Shown here in pieces: positions 12,997 to 25,353 of a DNA stretch of 64,000 nucleotides; within the stretch, counting starts at the first letter, position 1, and each line of letters opens with the position of its first letter. A model generated the notes under the pieces. That model saw only the letters and a list, made by a program, of their open reading frames with translations. It made no database searches and had not been told where the DNA came from. Source of the DNA: Scenedesmus sp. PABB004. Taxonomy: Eukaryota. The translations under genes were made by a program, and so were the position numbers. The stretch is from NCBI GenBank assembly GCA_014905635.1, contig CM026547.1, positions 4,216,001 through 4,280,000 on the forward strand, given 5' to 3'.

Positions 12997-15900
12997 TCAT
13001 TGCGACTTCTTGCCGTCGCCAGCCGCCGCCGCCGCCTCGCCGTTGGCCGCGGCCGCAGGCGCGGCGCCCGCGAGGGGCTTGCGCCGGCGCGCCGGGCCCG
13101 CCGCGTCGGCGTCCGCCTCCGCCTCCGCCTCCTCCTCGGCCGCGCCCGGCGCGGGCAGCGCGCCCGGCGCGGCGCCGCCGTTGGCGACCGCCGCCGCGGC
13201 CTTGGCCGCCTCCGCCTCCTCCGCCTGCGACCCCGAGAAGCCAAACTCGTTGACGCGGGTCATGTCCACGCGGTAGATCCAGCGCTGGTAGATGTAGACC
13301 AGGAACACCAGGTCGTCCCTGGCGGGGCGCGGCGCGGCGCGAGCGCGGGGCGAGCGCGGGGTGAGGCCCGCGCCGCGCCGCGCCGCGCCGCGCGGCGGTC
13401 ACACGCACGCACGCGCGCGCGCGCGCGCGCGGCCGCGCGGCCGCGCGGCCGTCACCTGAACACGCTGAGGCGGTGCAGCGTGGGCATCTTAATGACAAAG
13501 GCAAAGAGGTCGTCAATGATAGTGTTGAGGAACTTGTACGTCATCTGCCGCCACGGCAGGTGCGCGACGCTCTTGAGCTTGTAGTTCAGGTACAGCTGGA
13601 GGGGGCGGGAGCGGGCGGGCAGGGCGGGGGGGGGGGGGGGGGGGGAGCGGGTGAGAGGGGGTGCGCGCGCGGCGCGCGGCGGCCGGGGCGCGGCGCCGGC
13701 AAAGGAAGCGGCGCGCGCGCGCGCGCGCGCGCGCGTGCTTGCCTGGGGGCACATGAGGATGAAGCCAAACATGTAGACCGCGCCCACGAGGCTGCCCATG
13801 ACCCAGCTGTACCAGCTCTTGTGAGACTCGTACATGAGCGTGTAGATGCTGTACCCAGCCACCTGGCCGACACGCAGGGCGGGCGGGCGGCCGTGGGCGA
13901 GCGCGCGTGGGCGCACGTGGGCGGCCGGTGCGGGCGGGAGGCGACGGGCGGCCCCGGCGTAAACACTGGTGGCGGCCGGCTGCGGCTGGCTAGCCGCAGC
14001 TGGCTGGCGCGGCGCGGCCGCCACCACCTCCAGCCCCACACTGCGCCGCGCGCCGCGCCGCGCCGCACCAGGGGGTAGAGCACGTAGCTCAGGTAGCGCA
14101 TTGCCGTCGCGTCGTGCGCGCGCGTGTCGTTGGCCGAGTAGCTCGCGCGGTCCTTGATGTGCAGGTAGGGCCACGACCCGCTCACGCTCACGTCCATGGC
14201 CTTGGTGACCTTCCAAAACTCGATCGCCGTGCCCACGCCTGCGCGGCGGCATGCGCCCGCGGCGCGTCGGCGGCGGCGCGCGCGCCGCCGGGCGCGCCGG
14301 CGAGCGGCCGCCCGCGCGCGCCCCCCTGCCACCACAAGCACAGCCCCTGCCACACGCGGGCGCGGCAGCAGCGCGGCGCGTCGCGCGCGCGCCCGCTGAG
14401 AAGAGGACGACCATGGAGGTCTCGTTGTCGAGCAAGTACAGGAAGATGACGAGCTGGCAGAACGCGTTGACCACGATCGACCGCGCCGACAGGCCCTCCA
14501 TGCTCTTGTTGTCGCGCCAGAAGCCGATGTCGTTCTTGAACGCGAGGAAGTCAAAGACCGTGTGCAGCATCGAGACCGCCATCGTCACGCCGAGCAGCAC
14601 CGGATTGCCTTCGATGAAGATGCGCTTCACCTCGTCCGCCTCGCCCTCCTGCGCGAGGCCGGTGCTGATCTGCAGCGCGAACGACTGCTCCATCTGCGGC
14701 GCGGCGGCGCGGCGGCGCGGGGTGCGGGTGCGGCGGCGGGTGGGTTGGCGGGCGGGCCGGCGGGCGGCGGGGGCGGGCGCGTCGGCGGGGCGGCGCCGGC
14801 CGCGGGCCCGGCGCCGGCCGCGGGCCCGGCGGCGGCGGCGCGCCTGGAGCATGAGCTGCATCCACCAGAACGACTGGGTCTTGAGCGTGAGGTGCAGCGG
14901 GAGCGGGCCCTCCACGCTCGCGTTCATGGGGACGTGCTTGTCGCGGAGGAGCCAGAACTCGTCAAAGTAAAACAGCGGGTACTGCTGCCCGTCCGCGGTC
15001 AGCAACAGGTGCGGCGCGAGCTACGCGGCGCGCGCGGGGGCGGGCGCGGGCGTGGGCAGGCGCGGGCGCGGGCGTGGGCGTGGGACGGCGCGGGCGCCGG
15101 CGCGGGCCTCGCGCGGCTGTGCGGCGCGCTGCGCAACGGCGCGGCGCGGCGCGGCGCGGCGCGCACCGGCGGCGGGATGGCGTTCATGGGGTAGGCCTGC
15201 CAGTGGTCCACGAGCGCGATGGTGAGGTTGGGCTTGTAGAAGCTGATCCACGGCTCGCTCGCGTTGCTCTGCCGCGCGGCGCGGGCGGCGCGGGCGGCGC
15301 GGGCGCGGGCGGCGCGGGCGTGGGCGCGCGCGCGGGCGCGCGTGACCGGCGGCGGTCAGCCCGCGCCGGCGCTGCACGCGGGCGGCGCCGCCGCTGCGCT
15401 GCGGGCGTCCCGGGGGGTGGCAGGCACCTTTTGCGTGGTGAAGTTGCCGCCCTCCTTCAGCAGCTTGGTGCCCGTCTTGTTCACGCGCTTGGCGCCAAAC
15501 GTGATCAGGCCTGCGCGCGCGCCGCCGGGCGGGCGGCGCTCTCGGCGAGGTGCGCGCCGGTGGGGCTGCTGCGCCCAGGTGCTGGCCGTCCCTCGCGCAG
15601 CTGCGGCGGCACGCACTGTGGGTCTTTGAGAACACCGAGTGCGGCGGCAGCTCCTCGCTCGGCGCGTCGGGGTCGACGCCCGCGCGCGCGAACACCACGT
15701 GCGCGTAGAGCGTGCCGTTGTTCTTGACCGCCTGCGGCGGCGCAGACCGCGCGCGTGCGGCGGTTGGCAGCAGCGCGGCGGCTGCGGGCGGTTGCGCCGC
15801 GCCGGCGGGCGCCCGCGCGGCGCGCGCGCGCCCGTGCGCGCGGCGCGGATCGACGCATGGAGGGGTGCCCACCTCTGAGGGCTCGTAGTCGTAGGTGAAG

Positions 15901-16214
15901 CTGCGCTCCTCGACCGTCGCGAGCCCCACGCCGCGCTGCGCCCACACCAGCTGCGCGCCGCCGCGGTCGCCCAGGAGCGGCGCCTCGCTGATGTAGACGT
16001 ACATGTCCACCGGGTCGCCCTTGCGGTACAGCGGGGCCGCCGCGCCCACGGGCGCGCCCCCGGGGGCCTTGGGCGCGGCGCTGCCGCGCATGTAGCTCAT
16101 CACCCACCACATCAGCGCGAAGCGAGCGAGCGTGGCGAACAGAGTGTTGCCGGCAGCCGGCGCGGGCGCCTCCCCGGCCGCGCCGGGCGCCGCTGCTGCC
16201 TCGCGGGGCGGCAT
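12997..16214 (-). CDS. CLPTM1: CLPTM1 family multi-pass membrane protein (lipid scramblase CLPTM1/CLPTM1L-like), about 10 exons
   Basis: VKNNGTLYAHVVF, YFDEFWLL, LHTVFDFLAFKNDIGFW, GFILMCPQ|LYLNYKLKSVAHLPWRQMTYKFLNTIIDDLFAFVIKMPTLHRLSVFR|DDLVFLVYIYQRWIYRVDMTRVNEFG are hallmark CLPTM1 motifs. Confidence 0.95.
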
Positions 16215-16418
16215 CGTGTGATGGGAGCGCCTGGCGCGGCCACCTGCGCACGCCGGGGCTGGTGCGGGCTGCCGGGAGCTGGCGCGGAGGACCCCGGAGG
16301 GACTGGGGACCTCCAGGCTCCTGGCACCGCCGACTGGGGCTTTGCGTCGCAGCCCCCGGGCCGCCGCCACGACGCGCGGCCGCGCGGAGCGCCGCCACGC
16401 CGCTGCGGTGTGGCCGCG

Positions 16419-16423
16419 TTACA
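16419..16423 (-). terminator. Poly(A) signal TGTAA of PSY (3'UTR about 950 nt)
   Basis: The only TGTAA I found on the minus strand between the PSY stop and the CLPTM1 start. Confidence 0.55.
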
Positions 16424-17367
16424 GAGGCCTCACGCGAGCGCCCTGCCTACTGCCAACCAAACGCGCCGCCAGGGGATGGGAGCCCTCCCGGGCCCTGCCG
16501 CCGGCCGGCGCCGCCCTGCCCGCGCGAGTCGGGCGCCGCGTGAGCCCGGGCCCAGCACAGCACCACGCAACGGCACACCGCTCTCGCACGCCCCTCAGAC
16601 TCAACCTTCTTCGCTGCGCTGCAGGCTGCGCGGCGCGGGCGGGGCGCCGGCGCCGCGGGGCGGCAGCACGACCGCCGCGCGCGCCGCGGCGCGCTACACC
16701 AAACCAAACCAGACCGCATCCTGAGCCGCGTCCGCACCGTGCCTGGCCGCGCGCTGCACACACAATGCGGTGCGCCCGCCTGCCCAAAGAACGAATACCC
16801 GCGCCGTCTGCCGCGGGCGGGGTCGGCACCGAGGGCCGCGCACCCGCACCGCGCGCCGCCACGCCGCGCCGCGCCGGGCGGTCGCAGGGCCAGTCGCCGC
16901 CGCCGCCGCCGCGCCCAGGAGGGCGCCGTGGCCGCCCGGCCGGCGCCGGCCCCCCGCCAGCCAGCTCGCCAAGCTGCCCGCCCCCCTCCGTAGTAGTATT
17001 GCACTGGGCGGCCCAATGCGGGCCGCCCGGTCGCCGCCGTCGGCGCTGGCCGGGGGGCAAGAGCCCCCGCGCCCCGCGCGCGGCGGCGCTAGTTGCGGCG
17101 CGGCACGCGCGCAGCTGTGCCGCAGACGTCAAAGCGATGCCGGCAGCAAATACAGCAGTTCACGCGCCCGCTGCGTCGCGGCCCGCCCGCTGCTGCGTCG
17201 CGTGGTTCACCGCCGGCGGCGGCGCGGCGCGGCGCGGCCGGGCGCACGCGCGGCACGCGCCGCCCCGCCCGCCCAGCCGCGCGCCCGCCCGCCCGCCCGT
17301 GCGCCCCCGCCCGCGCCGCCCTGCTGCCGCCGCGCCGCCCTGCCGCTGCCGCCCGCGGCCCAGGCCT

Positions 17368-19133
17368 CTACTGCCGCGCCGCCATCAGCGCGGAGTAGCC
17401 GGGGTTGAGCTGCGGCAGCGCCGCCTTGGCGAGCGCGACGGGCAGGGACGCCATCTTGCGCCACTTGGGCACGTACGCGCGGCGGCTGAAGTTGTCGTAG
17501 CCGTTGGCCTCGATCGCGTCCAGGATCTGGCGGTAGAGGATGAGCGCCGACCACACCGGCCAGCGCGCCTTCTGGTCCAGCAGGTCGACGCCGGCCTCCG
17601 CGTCGGCAAAGCACTGCCGCGCGCGCGCGATCTGGAAGGCCATGAACTCGCGCCACCGCGCGTCGGTGCGCCCCGCCGACGGGTTGAGCGCGCCGCTCGC
17701 GAGCTCCTTCTCGGAGATGCCGAAGCGGTCGAGCTCGTCGGAGGGCAGGTAGATGCGGTTCCGCGTCTCCAGGTCCTCCCCGACGTCGCGCAGGATGTTG
17801 GTCAGCTGGTTGGCCGTGCCCAGCGCGAGCGCCGCGCGATACACCGGCTCCAGCGGGCCCTGCGCGGCGCGGGGCGACGTGCGACACGCGGCGACGTGCG
17901 ACGCGCGGCGGCGGGCGGGGCGTCGGCGCGCGGCGCGCCGGCGGGCGCAAGCCTGCCCGGGCGCTGGCGCAGGCGCTGCCGCCGCGGGCGCGGGCGCACA
18001 CACACACACGCACACGCGCGGGCACACCCACACACACCCCCACACACCTTGTACGCCGGGTCGACGCCCATGACGGGCACGCTCATGAGCGCGACGGTGC
18101 CGGCCACGCGGTAGCAGTACTCGTACAGCTCGTCGTACGTCTCGTACCTGCGGTCAGGCAGGTGACGGCGCGCGGGCGCGCGCGCGTGAGCTTTCGGGCG
18201 CAGGGCGCGCGCGAGGCGGCTGCTGCCGCCCCGCCGCCTGGCAGCGCGCCCCGGCGCGTGCCCCAGCGCCCGCCCCCAGCGGCGCCGCGGCCGCGGCACG
18301 CGCCTGCACTTGACGAGGTCCATGCGCATGCCGTCGATCATGTCCCGGAACGGCTGGATGTCGACCGGGAACTGGCTGATCGTGTCGGTCAGCGCCGCGT
18401 CGAGCTCGTCGTACGGGCGCCCCTCAAACAGCGCCTCGAGGCGCTCCTCCCAGCGGTCGAGCGCCTGCGTGACGGCGCGGCGCGCGGCGGTCAGCGCGGG
18501 CGCGCGCGCGGGCGTCGGCCGCGCGCGCCGCGAGGGAGCCGCTGCCGCCGCGCTGCCGGCCGCGCCTGGCCGCGCGCCGCTGGCGCCGCTGGCGGTCGCT
18601 GGCGGCGCGCGCCGCTGCGGGCGCGCCGCCGCCGCCGCGTGCGCCGCGCCGCTGCCGCCGCCGCTGCCGCGCGCCTTTGGCGTGATGCGCGACGCGTTGG
18701 GCCCGTCGACGAGCTCGTCGGTGCGCCTGCACCAGACGTAGATCGCCCAGATGGCCTTGGCCTGCTGCGGCGTCATGAGCTGCGTGCCGAGGTAAAAGGT
18801 CTTGGCGTACTCGCTCGTGACCTCGGCGCAGCGCTCGTACGCCTGGTCCAGCAGCGCCGGCTCCCAGCGCGGCATCGGGATCGCGAGGCCGCCGGGGTGG
18901 CTCTGCTGCAGCTGGATGCAGCGCCACATGGCGGCCTCCTCCACCTCGCGGCCGCGCAGGCTCTTGCTGCTGCGCTGCTGCAGCACCGTCGCGGCGGCGA
19001 GGCTGCTCGGGTCGGGGCCGACCAGCGTGTTGGCCACCGCCACCGCCCGGCGCGCGGCGCGGGCCGCGCCGGCGGGTCGCGCCCGGGCGGACGGCGCGCG
19101 CGCGCGCGCCGTCAGGCCGCCGGCGGCGCGCAT
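17368..19133 (-). CDS. PSY: Phytoene synthase
   Basis: [37 protein letters not shown] (DELVD), [27 protein letters not shown]. Start at 19133 (MRAAGGL..., transit-peptide-like) is inferred. An upstream GT-AG intron ends at 19141, so either a 5'UTR intron or an N-terminal extension from the ATG at 19554 is possible. Confidence 0.95.
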
Positions 19134-19863
19134 CGGGCCCCTGCAGGCGGGGCGGCATGCGGCGCCGTCCCGCGCGTCAGGCGGCGCCCGGCGACCTCGC
19201 GCGCCGGCCGGAGCGACGCAGGGGCGCCCGCTGCAGCGCACGGCCGGCGCGCCGCCCCGCCAGGGTGCCGCACCTGGTCGTGAGCGCTGCCGGGCGCTGC
19301 TGCTGCTGCTCGCGGGCTGCTGCGCCGCGCGACCCCGGCGGGCCCGGAAACACTCGAAGGGCGCGAGGGGCGGTGCGGAGACGGCGCGCGAGCGCAATTG
19401 GCGGCCCCGGCGCGTGGCGCAGGCGCGGGCTGCGCGACTGCTCTGGCGCGGGTCGGGCCGGCGTGCGGGAGGGGCGAACGCGACGACGGCGAGCGCGCGG
19501 GGGCGGGATCTCGGCAGGGTGAGGCGCGGGCAAGTGCTGCGGTGTCCGGCACATCGACCGCCCGCGGCCCAGCGCACAGGGCTCAGCAGCGGCCGCGCCG
19601 TGCACCGCGTCACGGCGACGCAGCGCAGGGGCGCACAATGCGCCCCGCCGGCAGCGGCCGCGCTGCGCGGGCCGGCCCGCCGCGCAGCGCGCCCGCCGCG
19701 CAGCGGTCGTCGCCGCCACGCGCGCCGCCCGCTGCGCCGCCGCCCGACAGCCCCCCCCCCTGCCAGAGGAGAGTGGGACGCTGTTCGCAGACAGCCCGCC
19801 GCGACGGTCGGTCGGTGGCACCACGCGTGCGCGCGTCGACGGTTGCAACCGTCGCAATTGCGG

Positions 19864-21084
19864 CTACAGCCGCTTGCCGCCCGCGTCCCCCGCCTCGCCG
19901 TCCCCGCCGCCCCCGGCGCCGCCGCCGGCCCCGCCGCCCCCGCCGCCGCCGGCGCCCCCGCCGAGCGCGACCCACGCGGCGTCGGCCTCGACAAACGCGT
20001 ACCAGAGCGGCGTCAGCGGCACCGTCGCGGCGTGCCACGCCGCGTGCGCGTCGAGCAGGCCGCCCAGCGGCGGGAAGTCGAGCACCTCGAGCAGCATCGC
20101 CGCGTGCAGCGCGGCCATGAAGCCGTACACCGTCCGCCGCGCGGGGTGCCGCACCGCGGCGACCCAGCCGAGCCACGCGCCCGCCGTCGCGAGCCCCGCG
20201 GCGATGCAGAGCGCGACGTTGTAGCCGTAGTCGAACTTGATCGCCGCCATGTAGTGCACATGCTGCGCGAGCCCTGCGCCGAGCGCGAGGCCGACGCAGC
20301 CGAGGCCCGCGCGCGAGCGCAGCCCGAGCACGCGCACCGCCGCGGCGCCGAGGCCCGCCGCGACGGCGAGGTCGGCCGAAAAGTAGTCGAGGCGCTCGGT
20401 CAGCCACGTGTCGCGCGTGTGGAACACCGCGCTCCACAGCCACGCGTTGACCTGCGTCGCGCCGTACGCCAGCCAGAGCCAGTGGTAGGGGTAGGCGGCG
20501 TGGCCGCCGCCGCCGCCGCCGGCGCCGTGCTGCCCGGGCGCCGCGGGGCCGCCGCCGCCGCCGCCGCGCTTGCCGCCGCCGCCGCCGCGCAGCGCGCGCA
20601 CGCGCGTCGCGTAGCGCCGCAGGCAGGCCGCGTGCGCCGCGAGGTTGGCGAGGCTGAGCGCCACGCTCGCCGCCTCCTGCGCGCCGAGCACGCGCGTGAA
20701 GGGCCACTTGCCGTGGTACTTGACGACCCGCCCCGGCGGCGCCGCGGCGGCCTTGGGCCCCTCGAGCGCCCACATGCAGTGGTAGGAGCAGTCGGCCGCG
20801 CAGTCCCAGCGCGTGAGCCGCAGCGACAGCGGCGCGCGGTACGCCGACGCGGCGCAGACGGTGTCGCACGTGTTGGCCGGCCCCGGCGCGCGCGTGCACC
20901 CCGTCGCCACGCACGCGGCGGTGCAGGCCCGGTACGCGGCGCTGGCGTCGCCCTCGCTCGCCGCCGCGCGCGGCGCGCGGGCGGCCAGCGCCGCGAGCGC
21001 GAGCAGCAGCGCCAGCAGCGAGCTGCGCGGCCGCCGCCGCCGGCGCTGCCGCGGCGCCGCCGCTGCCCCTGCTCCCCCCATCAT
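19864..21084 (-). CDS. PER1: Per1/PGAP3 GPI-remodelling protein, intronless
   Basis: Signal peptide followed by [86 protein letters not shown]...[11 protein letters not shown], all in one uninterrupted ORF. Confidence 0.95.
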   Translation of the reverse strand: MMGGAGAAAAPRQRRRRRPRSSLLALLLALAALAARAPRAAASEGDASAAYRACTAACVATGCTRAPGPANTCDTVCAASAYRAPLSLRLTRWDCAADCSYHCMWALEGPKAAAAPPGRVVKYHGKWPFTRVLGAQEAASVALSLANLAAHAACLRRYATRVRALRGGGGGKRGGGGGGPAAPGQHGAGGGGGGHAAYPYHWLWLAYGATQVNAWLWSAVFHTRDTWLTERLDYFSADLAVAAGLGAAAVRVLGLRSRAGLGCVGLALGAGLAQHVHYMAAIKFDYGYNVALCIAAGLATAGAWLGWVAAVRHPARRTVYGFMAALHAAMLLEVLDFPPLGGLLDAHAAWHAATVPLTPLWYAFVEADAAWVALGGGAGGGGGGGAGGGAGGGGDGEAGDAGGKRL

Positions 21085-21349
21085 GCTGGAACGGCGCAGC
21101 TGCGCCCGCTGATCGTCGGGGCCGCGCGGTTGCCCAACTGTCGGCGCCGCGCGGTTGCCGAGAGCAGCGCCACGCCAACCGCTGTCCAACCGCTGCTGCT
21201 GCGCTTGTTGCGGGCTCGCGCGGGGGGTCGTCGGGTCAGCGAGCTCCGCGTGGAGAGCTGGCGAGGTCGCGAGGACGAGGAAGCGGCGGTGTGCGGCGAC
21301 GAGACACTCGAGCCGTCACAATTGCCTGCCCCAGACATTTGCCCACCCC

Positions 21350-21352
21350 TCA

Positions 21353-21383
<31 letters not shown>

Positions 21384-22425
21384 CGCCCCTCGGCCGCGCC
21401 GCCGCCGCGCCGCGCCGCGCCGCGCCGCGTGCCCTGCTGGCGCAGCGCGCGCGTCCACTTGGCCAGCGTCTCGTCGACCGCCGCGTCCATGCGCGTGCCC
21501 TCGCCGCCCCAGACGAGCAGGTGCGGCAGGTCTGCGAAGAAGCCGTTGCCGCCGACCCGCCGCACCGGCTTGAACCCAAAGAACGCGTAGTAGCGCACCA
21601 GGCGCTCGTGCCACGCGTCTGCGGGGCGGCGGCGCGCGGGCGGTCAGGTCGGCGCGCGCGCGGCCGCCGCAGCCGCAGCCGGGCCCACGCGGCGGCGGCG
21701 GCGGCGGCGGCGCACCGTCGTCGTTGATGGCCAGGATCTCGGCCTTGGCGCAGCCGCACGCGCGGCCGTGCGCAAAGACCGCGCCGCCGAGCAGCAGGCC
21801 CAGGCCGAGCGGGCTGCCGCCGCCGCGCCCGCCCTCGCCGGCCGCCGAGCTGCGCGGGCGCGGCGCGGCGCAGTGAGCGCGCGCCCGGCGTGCCGGCGCG
21901 CCGAGCGCGGCACAGCAGCAGCGGCAGCGCAGCAGCAGCGGCGGCGGCGGCCGGCGGGGCGCACCCGCGAGCAAAGACCTGCAGCGTGTCGCAGTGCATG
22001 AGCCCGAACGCCGGCGCGACAAAGCCGTCCGTCGTGCCCAGCACGCGCCCCGCGGCGCCGCCGTCGCGCAGGGTGATGCGATAGAAGGGGCCCAGCGTCT
22101 TGAGCGAGAGGTGCAGCCCCCGCGCCGCCGCGATGGCCTGCACCTCCTCCAGCGTCACCAGGCCCTGCTGCGGCTGCGGCTGCTGCTGCGCCGGCGGCGG
22201 CGGCGCGGCGCCAAGCGGCTGCTGCTGCGGCTGCTCCTGCTGCTGCTGCGGCTCCTGCTGCTGCTGCTCCTGCTGCTCCTGCTGCTGCTCCCGCTGCTCC
22301 TGCTGCGGCGGCGCCGCGCCGCAGGGCGCCGCGCCGCGCCGCTGCCGCGGGCGCGCGGGGCAGTGCCGCCCAGCTGGCGAGACCGCGGGGCAGCGCGCTG
22401 TGCGGGAGCGTGACAGCGGCAGCAT
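21350..22425 (-). CDS. Conserved uncharacterised plastid/cyanobacterial-type protein with GNAT-like motif, 3 exons
   Basis: GLHLSLKTLGPFYRI...MHCDTLQV...LGLGLLLGGAVFAHGRACGCAKAEILAINDD|DAWHERLVRYYAFFGFKPV...LLVWGGEGTRM resembles a plant/cyanobacterial family I remember without a name. The YxxxGF motif is GNAT-like. Transit-peptide-like and polyQ N-terminus. Confidence 0.75.
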
Positions 22426-22728
22426 CCTGGGGCGGCGGCGGGAGTGGAAGTGCCGGCAGCAGCGCAGCGCGGTCGGGGCGGCAGCGGCGGCGTCACGAGG
22501 CCGGGGCGCAGCGGCGCGGCTTTGGGGCGCCCTGGTCGCTGGCCCGGCGCGCGCTCCAGCGCACACGTCCACCGCACCACGCCCTGCCTCACGCCGCCCG
22601 CACGCACCCGCGGCCCGCCCCGGCCATCAGCCCGCTGCTGCTGCCGTCGCCTCCCGCGCGGCCACGCGCCGGCGCCGCTCCTTGCGGGCTCCCCGACCCG
22701 CGTGAGGCCCCTCGCGGGCGGCAGCGCC

Positions 22729-23362
22729 ATGGCGGCCGCCGCTGCGCCCATGAGCGTGGACGAGCGCGAGGCCAAGGAGGCGGAGGAGTTCCGCACCGGG
22801 CCGCTCAGCGTGCTCACCACCAGCGTGAAGACCAACTCGCAGGCGAGCGCGGGCGCCGGCGGCGGCGGCGGCGCGGGCGCGGCGCGCGCGGCGCGGCGGG
22901 CGGCGCGGCAGCAGCGGCGGCGGCCGGTCGCCGGCGGCGCGGGCCGATCGCGCCGCGCCACCGGCGCAGGTGCTGATCAACTGCCGCAACAACCACAAGC
23001 TGCTGGGGCGCGTGAAGGCGTTTGATCGGCACTGCAACATGGTGCTGGAGAATGTCAAGGAGATGTGGACCGAGGTGCGGGCGGCGGGCGGCGGCGCCGG
23101 CAGCGCTCTCTCTCTCGCGCCAGCGGCGGGCGTGCTGGCTCCAGCGGCCGGCTGCTGCGGCGCAGCGGCGGCGCTGCGGGCTGGCGCCATGCGCAGGCGG
23201 GGCGGCCGCCAACGCGCGCCGCCGCGCTCTTGCCGCGCCGCGCAGATCCCCAAGACAGGCAAGGGCGCCAAGGCGTCGCGCCCGGTGAACCGCGATCGCT
23301 TCATCAGCAAAATGTTCCTGCGCGGCGACTCCGTGATCCTGGTGCTGCGCAACCCCAAGTGA
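22729..23362 (+). CDS. SMD2: Small nuclear ribonucleoprotein Sm D2, 3 exons (22729-22842, 22970-23074, 23246-23362)
   Basis: [58 protein letters not shown]...[22 protein letters not shown]. Intron 1 has a GC donor (CAG|GCGAGC). Confidence 0.98.
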
Positions 23363-23609
23363 CGCGCAGCGCCCGCAGACGCGGCGGCGCGGCGCTCGCG
23401 TGCGCGGGGCGTGGCGGCAGCGGCGAAGGCACGGCGGCTGCCGCAGGGCGGGGGGCGGGGGGGGGGGGGGGGCAGGGTGGGCCGATGCTGGGGGCGGGGA
23501 GGGGGCGGCGCGGGCGGCTGGCATCGGACGGGCGCGCGCACAGCGCCGCGGCGGCTGTTGCGGTAACACGCCGGCGCGCTTTTCGCAGCACCGCAACGCT
23601 CAACGCGTG

Positions 23610-24198
23610 CTAGCGCTTGAGCCACTTCGGCACCTTGCGCTCGCCGCCTGCACCACTGCTGCCGGCGCCGCCGCCGCCCTCCCTGCTTGCCGCCGCTGCG
23701 GCGCGCAGCGCGCGCTGCGCGTCTGCCACCGCCGCCGCGCCGCTCGCGCCGTTAGAGTCGCCCGCCGGCGCCGCGGGCGGGGCGGCGGCGGCGCTGCCGC
23801 CGCGGGAACGCCCTCCTGCATCAAGGCCTGCACCTCGGCCCGCAGGAGGGGTGCGCCCGCGCCCGGCGCCGCGACGCCGGGCGGCAGGCGCGCGGCGTCG
23901 AGGCCGACGTGGATGTGCGCGGCGGGCACGAGCTGCAGCGCGTAGAGCGTGGCGGCGCCGTCCCGCAGCACCACCTTTGGCGGCGTGGTGTACAGCTGCA
24001 GCGCGGGGGCCAGCCCCGGCGCCGCGACGGCGGACACGAGCGCCTGCACGTCGCCGAGCGTGTCGGTCGCGCGGAACTGCGCCTGCAGCAGCGTGCCGTC
24101 CGGGAAGTGCAACCGCACGCGCACCGGGCCCAGCCGCGCCGCGCGAGCCGCGCCCTCCGCCTCGCGCGACGCGCGCGTGCGGAACACCGCCTCGGCCT

Positions 24199-24229
<31 letters not shown>

Positions 24230-25353
24230 TCACGGCGCGCGTCTCTGCCGCGCCCGGCCGGCCGCGGCGGCGGCGGCGGCGGCGGCAGCAGGGTGCGCGC
24301 TGCGGCGCCGCACGCCTTTTTCTTGGCGTTGGCGTTGTGCTGGAGCATCGCCAGGTCGTCAGGCGTCAGCTCAAAGAACTCGTCCGGCAGGTCCACCGCC
24401 ATGGGGCTGCGGCGGCGGCGCGAGCGGCGGCGGCAGATTCGGCCACGCGCCGCGCGGGGAGGCGCCCGCGCTGACGCGCCGAGGCCCGCCCCCGCGCTCT
24501 GCCCGCAGGTGCGCGCCCGCCCACCTCGGGGCCGCGGCCGCGGCGGCCTCCAGCGCGCGCTGGTGGAATACGACGACCGGCACGCGCACGCCGAGCGCCG
24601 CCAGCGCGGGCGGCACGTCCGCGCTGGGCTCCGGCGCCGCCGCCGCCGCCACTGCTCCTGCTGCTGCTGCGCTGCTGCTGCCCGCCGCCGCGCCTGCGCC
24701 ACCGCTCGCTGCGCCCGCTGGCAACGCTGCGGGCGCCGGCGGCTCCGGCTGCGCGAACGCCACCTGCTTGGCCGCGGGCGGCGCGGCTGCCGCGTCTGCC
24801 GCTGCCGCCGCTGCGGCCGGCGGCGCCTGCACCGCTGCCAGCGCCTCGGCGGGCACCGCCGCCGCTGCCTGGCTCGGCGCGCCCGGCGCGGCGCCGCCGG
24901 GCTCTGCGGCAGCGCCGGCGGCGACGGCGTCGGCAGGCGCTGCGGCGCCGCGGGTGCATGCACGCGCCCGCGCCCCCGCCCGCCCTCCCCGCGCTGCGCT
25001 CACTGCGCGTGATCTCGAGCTTGCTGCCGGCGGGGACGTTGAGGAGGCGGAAGGGCGTGGCCAGGTCGAGCGCCTTGCCGCGGAGCGACAGCGACACGCC
25101 GCCGGGCGCGAGCGGCGGCCTGAACTTGCCCGCCGCGCCGGCGAGGACGTCGGCCAGCGTCTGCATGGCCGTGACCTTGACTGCGTGCTTTTGCTCTGTG
25201 TGTGCGGCGCCGGCCGGCGGCGCGCGGCGGCGCGTGGGCGCGCGGCGCGCGCAGCAGCGGGCGGCAGCGCCGCTGCCGGACGCGTGCGGCGCGTGCGTGC
25301 GTGGGCGGGGCCCCACCCGGCGGCCCGAACCAGGACAGCGTGAGCGTGGTCAT
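23610..25353 (-). CDS. TUG/ASPSCR1 (UBXD9)/PUX1-type p97 adaptor with N-terminal UBL and UBX domain; apparent frameshift near 23803
   Basis: HAVKVTAMQTLADVL...LDLATPFRLLNVPAGSKLEI (TUG-UBL1), DLPDEFFELTPDD, VRVRLHFPDGTLLQAQFRATDT (UBX) and terminal KVPKWLK. The terminal motif lies in a different frame from the UBX exon. Confidence 0.88.
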
